A stretch of 61,625 nt of DNA, the filler included, from Sphacelaria rigidula (lineage: Eukaryota): NCBI GenBank assembly GCA_964200075.2. It is 10 parts of 10 records of this genome, joined end to end, with 100 filler letters (N's around TTAATTAATTAA, not from the genome) between each part and the next. Parts side by side here need not be neighbours in the genome. Positions count along the whole stretch, not along the records: positions 49,382 to 55,453 come from CAXNAA020022426.1; positions 55,554 to 61,625 come from CAXNAA020022427.1; 8 more parts are not named here. The stretch is one strand, 5' to 3'. Shown piece by piece: positions 50,122 to 61,625 of this stretch. The position numbers were made by a program, and so were the translations under genes. Each line of letters starts with the position of its first letter. Position 1 is the first letter of the stretch. Below the pieces are notes generated by a model. The model had not been told where the DNA came from. It did not search any database and saw nothing but the letters and a program-made list of their open reading frames with translations.

Positions 50122-53100
50122 GATTCAAGTCATTGGCGGCAATCCTCTTCTGATATCCCAGGTGCTCAGCCAGTTGTCGGCATCTAGTGGTGAAGGAACG
50201 CTGTGCGATCACGCCAGGGCGGAGGTCGGTGATACGAGGAATAAATTAAACTTTGATATTTAACCTTGTCATATTTCATTATTGTTTGTGTGAGGGGGGG
50301 TGGAGGAGGTTGGAGCGGATACACACGGCATTTTGATTTGGTTGATTCATTGATTGTCACGCGTACAACTCAATATTCACCTATCAAGATAGCTAGAGTA
50401 TAATATCAACTCAATGATCTGAGATCAAGATAATAAGACTGGGAAATGGTATTATTCGGTACGGCATGTTTTTCACGATCACGGACCTGAAATTGCATTG
50501 GGCAAATGTGAACAAACATTGAGAGCAAACGAAAAGAACGAAAACCGAGAACCTCTTTCTTTCCTTGCTGTTTGCTGGTGCATTACTCGCTGTGCCTGTC
50601 TGAGCTCCAGACGGCGACGAACTTGGGTTGCACCACCATGCCTTCGGCCGCCTCACTGGCGCGTGGAGTGGCATTTTTCATAGCGTCTACTGGCAATCAG
50701 GGTGTGCAGGCACAACTGTTCCCAGGAGAAACTGTAGAAGAAGGTGCGTGGACGATCCTCGCGACGAACCGTGTAGAACTGTCATGCACCTCCCTGAAGG
50801 TATTACTTGACTTCAGTGCAGTGCAGTGAACTCTCATCGCTTGAATATTTCACCGAACGATTCGTGTAGACGATACGAGTATGGTTGATTCGTTGATCCT
50901 GTAGCGTTTGCAGTTGGAACTGGACTGTGCAGTACTGCAGAGTACCGTACACTGTGTATGGGCTGCTCTACAAAACGAACCGTTCAGGGTCGCCGTTTGT
51001 GTAACGTGTTTCGGCGTGTCTGGCTTTGCGCACAGGAGGATACACATGTGAACGAAACGAACGCCTGCTGTAATTTTTTTAAAATCCAAAACAATCCTGT
51101 AACCGACATCCGAAAGCCGTATCGGGTCGGGCATGTGTTTGCCGACCCGGTGTTTCGTACCGTTCATACCAGACATGTGTCAGATCAAAAACGGGGCACC
51201 CGTACAGTTGGTGATGACCGGTTGCGGTATTGCTGTGTAAGCTTTAGACGGTGCGTAATTGCCGCTACATCCACGGCCGGTGGCCACAGATGACAAACAG
51301 CGTAACATTTACGTACATCCGTTTTGCGTCTTCTTCCTGCGCGGCCGCATCTGGACAACTCTTGACTGTCGGTGTTTTTCACGGAAATATACATATATGC
51401 ACCGTTTGTGCAGTGAGCACGATGTGACCGGCTCAGGTTGGTCGTTCCTCCATCTTTCCGCAGAACCGCGGAACTAAGAGGTAGCTACTACGGTAGTTGC
51501 TGTCCTGTGTGCATATCAAGCTGCTGCTGCTGCTACTGCTGCTGCACGAGTACGTCTTGCTCTGACTGTGGTCGGACGAAAAGTTTTTGTGTGGGTTGAG
51601 TCCAATTGAATTCCTACTGTTGTAGCCCCCCTGTGCGCCCGTTTGTCTTGTCCTGTGCTGAGTATCCCCAGACAGCATCAAGGATAGAGGGGACAGGAAT
51701 CTAAACATACTCCTCTGCAGCATCCTGTAGACGAAGCGATGATGCCATAAGGTCCAACCATAACAATGATGAACTCATGCGACAAACTCGACTGTGTAAA
51801 ACGTCGGTTTTAGGCTGGATCTCCAACATTGCAGCAGTTGTCGGGGAACGTTCCGAAAAGAACCGCACACAGGCCCACGTATTCTCATTTGTGGGATCGA
51901 TTATTCCAGCTCACACGACCTGATATCCGCATGGTATGGGGTCACACACCTACGATTAGAGCCAGAAGTAAACGCAGCACGCTGTGCAGTAGGTTAGGTA
52001 TGGGCCTTGTCGTGGCATGTTTCAACAGAGGTTCATCAATTATATTGGCCTTGAAAAAGACCAGGTCGTGAGGTGCGCCCTCTACCGGACTATGATGTAC
52101 CGGGGATTTTTCGCAATTTTCAGGACTGCCACATTGATGGGCCACGTTTTGCCGTGTAACGGTTTGCGTAACGGATGCCCATCTAGCGCCTTGCAGTCCC
52201 TGTCGTGCTATTAATAGTACTTTCTTCAATGGCAGCGAACCGGGTGGGGTAACCATGTTTGCAGAAAAGGTTGGTCTCAACCTCTGCTGGGTATCTACCG
52301 TCTCATCGAGCGAGGGATGGGCAATCTGGACACATTCGTGTGGAGTGGGTAAAATCATATCTATTGACGAAAATGGTGGCACCGAAAGGTGCTATTAATA
52401 AGATGACCGTTAGTACACAAGAAGCGAAAAACTCCAAACGTCGGACAGCTCATAAGCGACCGGGATATTACTTCTTATCAGAGTACTGATCCGGATCATG
52501 AGCTATTAATAGCTCATTTGGCCACTATATCCGTAGTAGCCCCCGACAGCGATGGACGCTGAGCACGTGGTGTAGCGGGAAGGTAACACTTTGACTTCTC
52601 GCACACTGTTGTCAAGTGTTTGGTGTTTAGTACAAGAGATCTGAAAGTTCTCTTCGGTTAGGTCTTTCAGGTAGCTCATGACCTGTCCGACGTGTGAAAG
52701 ACTCACAGTGCAAAAAGCCGTATCTGCAACAGTAGTGCAGTGCTGTAGTGGGGTACGTTCCGTGTTGGATCGCACGAAGGCCCACTTCCTCTCATGAAGA
52801 CGATTGCGAAAATCAGTGGTGAACCTTTAACCTGTTTCTTCAACCTACCTGTCCTTTCAACCTATCCCGTTGACGCTCATTTCAGAAACTACCAAACGGC
52901 TTTCGTTCTCACCAAAAATATGATCTGGGTCCCAAAAGAGGAATTCATGTGAATCCGTACTGCGACGTGAACTTTCTTCTGAATTAATGATCTCGAAATA
53001 ACCCCAGCATAATTATTCCATTCTTTCCGGCGAAAATGAAAACACAAACGAAAACAACATGAAGCTGTGGCATCCAAGGTGTCTCAGAAACATCACAGAT

Positions 53101-54929
53101 CACAGACGCCCGGGAAATTGTCCACAGAGGAAGTCATTTTGCTTCCGTATGCAGGTGTGAGCGACGATGGTTTGGGGCATGTTCACAGAACGGTCAAGAA
53201 GCTCACGAAGTCAACCATGTGTGTTACGAAGTTTCCCACGGAAAATTACAAGCCAGGAACGAGGCCCGAGAGAAGTGACAATTCTAACCAATCACGGCCA
53301 TCCAAACGGTCACTTTGTTCCCCTACAGGCGGACAACTTCGCTGTCTAGCTGTATTTATCATTTTGACTTTGATAAGTCAACCATGCTTTTTGCTCTGCT
53401 CGTGGTCTGTGCTGCCTGCCTGACCCCTCTTGTGTTGCCAGCATACCTTCATACTGTCAGTAGTGTTGTTGTGGAACACTAAGCGGAGACATGAGCAGCG
53501 TGAAGTAGATTATCTTCACCGGAGAGTGATGTGACGTTGACTGTTTCTTGCTGTTGTATCCAGCGAAGACATACGGCACACATTTTGATTTGCACGAAAT
53601 TGACTGCAGGGTCAAAACCGGTCAGCGGTTCTCCAGAAATGTTTTCAACGTGAATACCCGACATCCACATCTTCATGAAATATAACGCTTTGTGTGGCGA
53701 GAAAAGAGCCATTCTAAACCCCAAACGTGGCATCGTCCACCTGACACCATCTGAGCGGGGTTTGCCGTCCAAGAGTTACTTTCCTCATCTCGGGCCTCGT
53801 TCCTGGCTTAAAATTTTCCCTTGGAAGCTTCCCAACAGGCATGCTTGACTTTGTGAGCTTTTCGGTTGTTTTGGGAATCGGCACACACACACCCTTCAAA
53901 AGTCCCCCCCCCCCCCCCACCCACCCACTGGAACCCCCCCCGATGTCCCTGGGTTGCCATTCGACGACATTGTTTTGAGGAGAGGCTCGCCGCCCAACGA
54001 TCTAGCAGAACAGCTGAGTAATCTACATGTACGAGAGCTCCAGTGTGTTCCAAGAGAACTAAACATGCAGAAATTTCCCTGCAGAGCTACGTTTCTCAGC
54101 GAGTCGCAATCGAGTACAGCACCTAACCACAATTACTACTATTCATTTGGGTACGAGTTCAAGACAGTCGCAGAAATTGATTTACCGCTCAGTATTGGAC
54201 CCAAACGGGTCCACTCTTTTCTGGGACCTATTTTGTTCATGGCACTACGCGGCGCCTGACCCCCGTTGCTCGTCCCACACTTTCATTCTTCGGACAACTT
54301 CACCTTATCTCGCGTTGATTCATTTTGATATACCTCAGCAGTGCCTATTTTCTGTGGATGACGTATGCGGTATTACTAACCTAAAAAAATGGGCACAACG
54401 CCCCTACGTGGGGGTAGATTTTTTAATTGAAAGGTGAAATTCAACCAACCAGAGACTTTTCACTGAGGAATCGGCGGAATCTAGCGCCAATGAAATGCGA
54501 CCTTCAAGTGAATTGATCATGTAGTAAGAAATGCTTGTGATTGGCTCGCACAGTCGAGTCAAACTTGAAGGGTACGTACTATAGCACGTGAGTGAACAGT
54601 CGCTCCGGGACGGATAGAGCAGCAGCAGAGAAACGAAGTTGCAAGCAGACAAGCACACAACGAGTGGTACATTGTCGTCGCAGTGGGTCATTGCGATGCT
54701 CGTGTATCGGTATATCCCCAGCTTAGTGTGGCTGGTTGTGTCTTTCCGTGGCCGCGAGCGCTGGCGCCGATGCCAGCGGCAGCGGTCGCCATTCTGACGG
54801 GTGCAGTCAGTACCCTGGCGGTGCAGTATATCCGCACTGTGCTGTGGGTCACTTCTTTCATCGGAGCACGAGGTCTAGACCACCCGGTCGAGCGGTGTAT
54901 ACCGGCGCTGGTTGTGTGTCTTGACTCAG

Positions 54930-55300
54930 CCATGTCCGGTATCGCGCAAATAATGGGTCTGGGTTTATTCATTTTACGGAAGACGAAACAATCGCACCCC
55001 CATGAAGATTTCAATAGCCAGTGTGTAGACAGTAGACAGCACTGCGTCCCGACCGAATCTATTTGATGAAGAGATGAACACAAGACTACAGCAGCTTAGG
55101 CGATCTCAGCGACGACCAAACCGTCTTCGCAAGTTCTAAACACACCACAGAACAGTGATTGCTACAGCACATGAGAGACGACATGAGTGTGTTTGCGCTG
55201 GAGTACAGTGAAACAGAACTTATCCCATGTTTCACTTTTTCGCCTGATTCTGAACGGGTCCTCAGTGATTGCCGTGTGCCGACCTTGAACGCTCGACCAT
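54930..55300. repeat. Diverged copy of the repeat that forms the 6382-7803 fold-back
   Basis: AGACGAAACAATCGCACCCCATGAAGATTTCAA...CAGCACTGCGTCCCGACC matches ~7360-7670. Confidence 0.7.
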
Positions 55301-56091
55301 AATCGTGCCTCGCGCAAATAATTCGATTCACTACAAAATCATCCCCATGTATGGATCCCTGTGCCAAAATATCCTCCCGTACGGGGGTGTACTCATGATC
55401 ATGCATGCCATAGTCATAAGACCATCGACCTCGCATCCCTACAATGCCGGGACNNNNNNNNNNNNNNNNNNNNNNNNNNNNNNNNNNNNNNNNNNNNTTA
55501 ATTAATTAANNNNNNNNNNNNNNNNNNNNNNNNNNNNNNNNNNNNNNNNNNNNACCGTACAAACCCTCTTCTAGCGGGTAAAATTCAAGTAATTCTCGAC
55601 GAATACTTGTCCGCCGGGTTAATACAGCACTCAACGTCTCCGTGGGCCTCGCCTTTGGTAGTCGTTCGGAAGAAGAATGGTAAAATCCGACTGACCATCA
55701 ATTATTAACGATTGAACGCAGTCACCAAAATCGCACGTATACTTTTTCCCCCTGTAGATGAAATCATCGATTCCCTCGGCGGGGGCAAAGTCGTGTGTAC
55801 TCGAAAGCCAAGTAAGAGGCAATACTGCGTTCTCAGAGCTTCTGGGAGCAGTAGAGCTGAGGATTTGTACATAAACAATGGTCGGTACTCGATTTCACTT
55901 AATTTTTTGAGTGAACAAAGTTTTGAGAAAATTCATGGTGTGGGGCAGCTGAGCAGTGGACCCAGCTCGTCCAGAACGTGTTTTGGTCCAAAATCGGCTG
56001 AAAGGCGTCGATTTGAGCTCTGGCAACGCATGCTTTGCCTGGGGAGCACTTTGCACCCCCTTGCCCGAGGGTTCTCGGTATGCCTTGGTCG

Positions 56092-56120
56092 GGGTTAGGG
56101 TTAGGGTTAGCGTTAGGGTT
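56092..56120 (+). repeat. Short interstitial (TTAGGG)n run
   Basis: GGGTTAGGGTTAGGGTTAGCGTTAGGGTT read directly. Confidence 0.8.
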
Positions 56121-56340
56121 GGCGGCATTTCCATAGTACCAACCATTGTTTACGTACGAATCCTCAGGTCGCCTCTCGGAGAATTAAATGGGCGCGAAAA
56201 ATGATCCTCTAAAATTGAGTGAAAAAGATGAAAAACTCTTCAACGGCGAAAAAGATAAATGAATTAATTGATGTACATAAACACGGGGAAAACTATACAC
56301 ATGCATAAAAAATCCCCGTCAACAACGTCGGGCGTGGACG

Positions 56341-56537
56341 GGGGGGGTGCACTCATGACCATGCATGCCATAATCATACCATTGACCTCGCATGCCTGCA
56401 AAGCCGGGACGAAGCACGCCGGGGTTTCGCCGGACCAGGCTCGCACTTAAACCAAGCGCGAAGCGCCGTGGTTTCCTCGGCGAGTCGCATGAAGGGTGAG
56501 CTGCATCCTGCTAAGATTCTTCGGCCCCAAGCCTACT
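56341..56537 (+). repeat. Dispersed repeat family A, ~200-bp copy
   Basis: Homologous to 30011-30210. Confidence 0.85.
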
Positions 56538-58619
56538 GATTGTCTTGCATTCGGATGACAACCTACAATGAGTTTCCTTATTCTGGTATCGCCACTTTCA
56601 GAGACAGCCACGGTTTATACACTGCCTCATGGGTGCGGGGGGAGGGGCGAGGGGGCGGGGGGGTGATCATAGCACGCATGTCGCTAGGATATCGTCACTT
56701 CTTGTCGACGATACAGGTGTGTGGACCCCGCCAAGCACTAATGCACCTTGTAGTAATTCGTGGCTCCAATCGCCACTGCTCTCAGAGAAACAAGACGAAA
56801 TCGATAGAAGCAGCTAATCTATTCCGTACCGGCATTTTCCCGACATGGGTGCAGCACGCGCATGCGCGAAAGTTCGCACTACAGCACTGTATAGTAGTAC
56901 AATATATCGGTCATTGCTACTGTAGAACTGATGCATGAAAAAATGCTCGACAGAGCTAGCATGTTTTCAATGCACCTTATGTTGCTTTCTTGGATTGACT
57001 TCAGTCAAGAACGCACTCTCTCAGGGACTTGAAAATAATTGTAACTGTTGAAATTGTGTGTACTGATTTTTGCCTATGCAGTACCCTTGTCATCATCCTT
57101 CGAGTGCGGGGACTGAAACGAAACGCCTGCATGATCATTTAAAAAGAGGCGTGCACCCCGACGCTGACCCCTAAAGCATGGCCGCATGCACTCTATGCGC
57201 CGCCGCCCAGCGCCCATAATCGTTATTTCTAGCCTTCACGGATACTGATCCTTTGCCCATCCATATATCCCCATGGTTACCGAGGTCAGACGCCAGCATG
57301 CATGGGGACATTCCATACATCCTGCCCAACACACCGGTTCAAAAAAACACACACCAGCGACAGAGACAGCGAAATCCAACACGAAAAACGCAGACTCCAA
57401 CACAATCCACCACCACTGCAGGAAATCCATCACCTCCGCTACCCTCCCCGGTCGTCCACCGATTAGCCAATATTGGGTATACTGTACTGGATCACACGTG
57501 AAGAAAAGCAAGTACAACGGACCTTTTCATGTCACCTTCATCTCATGATCAAGTGCTACGATAGAAAGTCCACCATGAGAAGAGTGTAGCGTCCATAAAA
57601 TCAGGGAAAGGGACAAGAGAAATTTATTTATATATTTTTTTAAAGATAGAGATCATCAACCCACCAGAATATCGCACATACGCACACATTGTGATGCAGA
57701 TGAGGAAACCTGGAGAGGGAGCGAAGCGGGGAGGGGGGGTAACCAGGTAGTTTCACTACACTACAAAGCTTTTGGGGTCCTCACATGTATACTGCAATCA
57801 TTAGTGCGTTAACAGCAACTCAAAAAAAATCGCATCCTTTCAATTGGCACACATGGATGACAGGGGAATGACCACTTGATTCACAGTCGAAAGGGGGAAC
57901 TTGTAATGTGCATGTACATTGACCAATTCATCGAAAAGCGACACGATCATCGTAATAATAAACGCAAACACAACAGAAACGCATACAAACACAGACCAGA
58001 CAGGGCGAAAGCTGTATCGCAACGGCCGGAAATAGAAAAAGAAGAATGCGTAGACAAGGAGAAAAAGGGGGGGGGGGGGGGGAAACCACAAAAAGAGCCA
58101 AGTGAAAAAAAACGAGGGGGGGAAAAGAAANNNNNNNNNNAAACAAGAAGAGATGAAAGTTTGATAAAAAAAAAGAGAAAAAAAAGAAAAAAGAATAAAA
58201 AAAAAAGGGGGAAGGGGGGGGGGGGGGGGGGGGGGGAATCCACCAAATCTGCTACATGTAAAAATCAATGGCGGAGGACATGAACAGAATGACCGTGATT
58301 CCATTTTGGCACATACCTTTAAATTCCATGTATATTATAGAATATCAACGTCAAATGCCAGATAGAAGAGAAAAACAGAGAAGCGCCAACAGCATAGAGG
58401 AAAACACATGAAGCGCACGTAGGGACCATTTAACCAACACTAGGCACAAACAGGAAAAATTCGCGGCAGACGCCAGATCAACGGGGGATGTACTACAAAA
58501 ACACATGCACGCCACATTCGTGGATAACATGAATCACACTTCATGCTGCACGGGCAGTACTCTCGTCGACACGGGACGGCACTGTACACGGTGCCCTCCC
58601 CTGCCAGTCTGCGACAGCC

Positions 58620-58658
<39 letters not shown>

Positions 58659-59799
58659 CCCCAATCGTCGATTTTTAGCTCATTACGCAGAAAAGCAGCA
58701 AGGTGAACAAGAAGAAAAGACAAATGCGGGGTAGCTCATCATACATGGTACCAACCTACACCCAGTGCTCCATCGCTCCTGTACCGACTTCGGAAGCATA
58801 TTTTTTCTGTTCAATTCCAGAGACAAGCCACCTGCAAACTACACTACGCGCATTTCATTATCGCACCCTCGTCGGGAAAGCAGCAACCAAAGCGGAACGT
58901 GCGGTATCATCATGGCACCGATACGGATCAGGGGTGAGGGGAGACGGGGGACGGACTGAAAAAATTGGAAGCAAACGATGACACAAGTCTCTTCAATAAA
59001 GCTTTCCGGTACTTCGTCAATGTTGGCGCTGCTCTGGAAACCCATCATTCAAATAACTCGTGGTGAATAAAAAGTGCAAGACACACGAGACACGCACGCA
59101 GGCAGGCGGGCGGGAAGTCTATTCTCGGCAGAAAACCCGGGCACGACTACACGGAAACTGTTCAAGTAAAAAAGCCTAAAACGCAAAATGAATTGAAGTA
59201 ATCATAATAATAATAATCGGCCCTCCCATTCCAACTCCACTCCAATCCTTGAGACTCCTTCTCTTTTCTCTCTCCCCTGCCAGTCTCGTCAAAGCCAGCA
59301 CTACTAACAGTCTAGCCTAAAAGAGCAATCGATCTTTTGCTCCGTTCATCAATAATTTATCCACTGCGGTAACATTTTGCACCCGGGTTTTGGTACTCCT
59401 AGGACAGTCCAGCAGCTCCACGGATGAGTATGCTTCACGTACGCCCCCCCCCAAGACACCCCCCTCCCCGCCTAATTTCAACGCCTCCCCCAGAATCAAC
59501 TGCAAACATAACCCTGTGCTGTAAGATACAGGTCACCGCAAGTTGACAACAACACAAAATTCACTGCAAAAAAACTTCGCTTTACTTCGTTATTTCTCAA
59601 AATAGCCCTTGCACAAGCCTTCTCACCGAAATACAGCATGAACATCATTCGTATGTACTCGTCCGGTCCGCCCAGGGAAAAAGAAGAAAGGAAGGGAAAA
59701 AAGGAGTCGGTTGAAAAGCAATTTGTCCTCACCACGGAAAATAAAAATACAGCTCCGATAATATCTTATGAATACATGACAAATGGTGAAAACGAGTAC

Positions 59800-61625
59800 A
59801 TCAGCCGATTCACGGAATGCCTCATGCCGAGATAGCCCCCCCACAAAAAGTGCACATGAGACGGTGCGACAAAATGGCTACGATCTCACTATTTGGCTCG
59901 TTTGCAGCAATTTCGCCCACATGAGAGGCGTGGAGTAGTTTGAATTTAGCTACTACGCCCAAATAAGTCGCGTCGTGCAGCACGAAACCAGCTTTAACGG
60001 CATTTGTGATCATCGCCTCCGTGCACGTTTTTGGCCGGTTCGGGGGTGGGGCTATCTCGGCAGCAGTCATCGTGCTAGCGCGTTCCAAAGAAGAGAACGG
60101 TCCACTGAGTCGTACGCCTTTTTGAGATCGATGAAGCTCAAGTACAATGGAAGATTCTTCTCTATGACCAGTTCTTGGAGTCTGCTCACAATGTACATCA
60201 TGTGGCTGTCGACCGGCCGGATCGGAAACCGCATTGAGCTACTGGGAGGACTGCCTTACGCTCGGCGCTGAGGCGAATCGCAACTATCTTGAGAACCACC
60301 TTGCCCGCGTGGGACCCTAGCGTTATACCGTGGAAGTTGCCGCATTCGCGCGAGTCCTGTTTCTTGAAAAGCACCTTGATGACCATATCTTTCAATTCCT
60401 GCGGCACTACTTCGTGGCGCCACACGGTGAGTACGATGTTGTGGAGACACTTCAGGATTGCAGAGTCCTCGGTGCGGTCGAGTTTCAATTCAACACTTCG
60501 CCGCAGATAATGTCCGTCCCAGTGGCCTTGCCACTCACCAGCTCGTCCACTGCTCTCTTAACGTCTTCCATCGAGGGCTCGGTCACGAGCGGTGCGTGGT
60601 CCGGCAGCAGTTGTGCGATGAGATCGATGACAGAGTGGTCTATCGTAGGCGAGGTTGCGTTCAGAACCGCTTCAAACCACTGCTTCCACCGTTGCGACAT
60701 AGCTTACTTGTCGCGCAACAACTCGTCAGACAAGCTCGAAATGTAGGTTGAGCCGCACCCCTTCCTCCCTTCCAGTTCCGCGGACTTGACGTGTTGGTAC
60801 AGTCCTGTTTGGTCGTTCTCACGAGCAAACTCTGCTGTCGGGACGGTGAACCCACCAATGAAGTTCTGCCGCTCAGAGCCCTTCACCCGCTTGAACGCTT
60901 TGTCCGTCGCCTTCAGCTGTCTTTTCAGGTTACGGTCTATGGGGTTGGCCCGTAGTTTCTTTCGTGCACATTCGCCCATGTTCCACGCCTTTGGACGCGA
61001 TCCTGAGCCTGTGGCCACTCACTAAAACCTCTAGACGGGGGTTATTTGGGAAGCGAGGGAGTGCATCCGCGGCCGCCTTTCGCGGGGTGTTGGCGAAGGT
61101 AGATGCCATGTAGTTGACTTTCAGGACAGCGGTGGAGTTGGTGGCGTGCGGGAGCATGGCAATACATAACCTGCGGAAGAGTCGCTCTCAGACACCGGTC
61201 GTATGCGAGGGCTTTGCTGTCAAAGCGCTAATCGAATATACTCACACTCAATGATTGATACATGTAAGCAGGCCTGGATGCGAGGGAAATGGATATTCTG
61301 ATTGGACCATGAGCTATGGGTGAATGACAAGTAATGAGATACAGTTCTGTTTTTGAAGGTATACCCGATTTGTTCGTTACAGCAAGACTCCGCTGAGAGG
61401 CACACGCCCAATCGCGTGGCCGAGGAATTAGGCTCTGACGTGTTGTTTTTCTACATGAGTGGCTCTTCATGATTGACCACGCCCCTTTCTGGCAGTGCAC
61501 TTTTCTGGGTTTTTACGTTTCGGGTGGAGAGTATAATATGCATTCATCAACAAGGGAATCAATTCAACAACAGAGGTCCCACGACCTCTTCTTACACATA
61601 GACCCCAGCGCCGAGTATGAGGTTC
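59800..61625 (-). mobile_element. Decayed non-LTR retrotransposon (RTE-like LINE) reverse transcriptase pseudogene
   Basis: Frameshifted pieces: [103 protein letters not shown]. Weak endonuclease-like remnants run toward the window end. Confidence 0.9.

Overview
This window is not one locus. It is ten unrelated ~6.07-kb contigs (five of 6073 bp, then five of 6072 bp) joined by identical 100-bp spacers (N44-TTAATTAATTAA-N44). The DNA is eukaryotic and rich in introns and repeats. Short GT-AG exons, CA-rich acceptor regions, microsatellites and the gene content suggest a stramenopile, probably a brown alga (inference). Supportable gene fragments: a UBR1/PRT6-type N-recognin E3 ligase (5 exons), the C-terminus of a cationic amino-acid (APC) transporter, a probable Lines/LINS1-family protein (4 exons), a multi-C2-domain protein (5 exons), one terminal exon possibly from a TGS1-like methyltransferase, and one exon of an Ig/IPT-like repeat. 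The rest is mostly transposon-derived: a decayed RTE-type LINE, Gypsy and pogo remnants, a tRNA-derived SINE family, chains of TTAA/CCC (piggyBac-like) MITEs, several fold-back palindromes and palindrome-cored minisatellites. I found no CRISPR array, rRNA or intact tRNA, and no convincing complete novel system. The best leads are an orphan AP2/arm-binding-like ORF, the fold-back hairpins and the MITE chains. All protein assignments are from motif recognition by eye, not from database searches.
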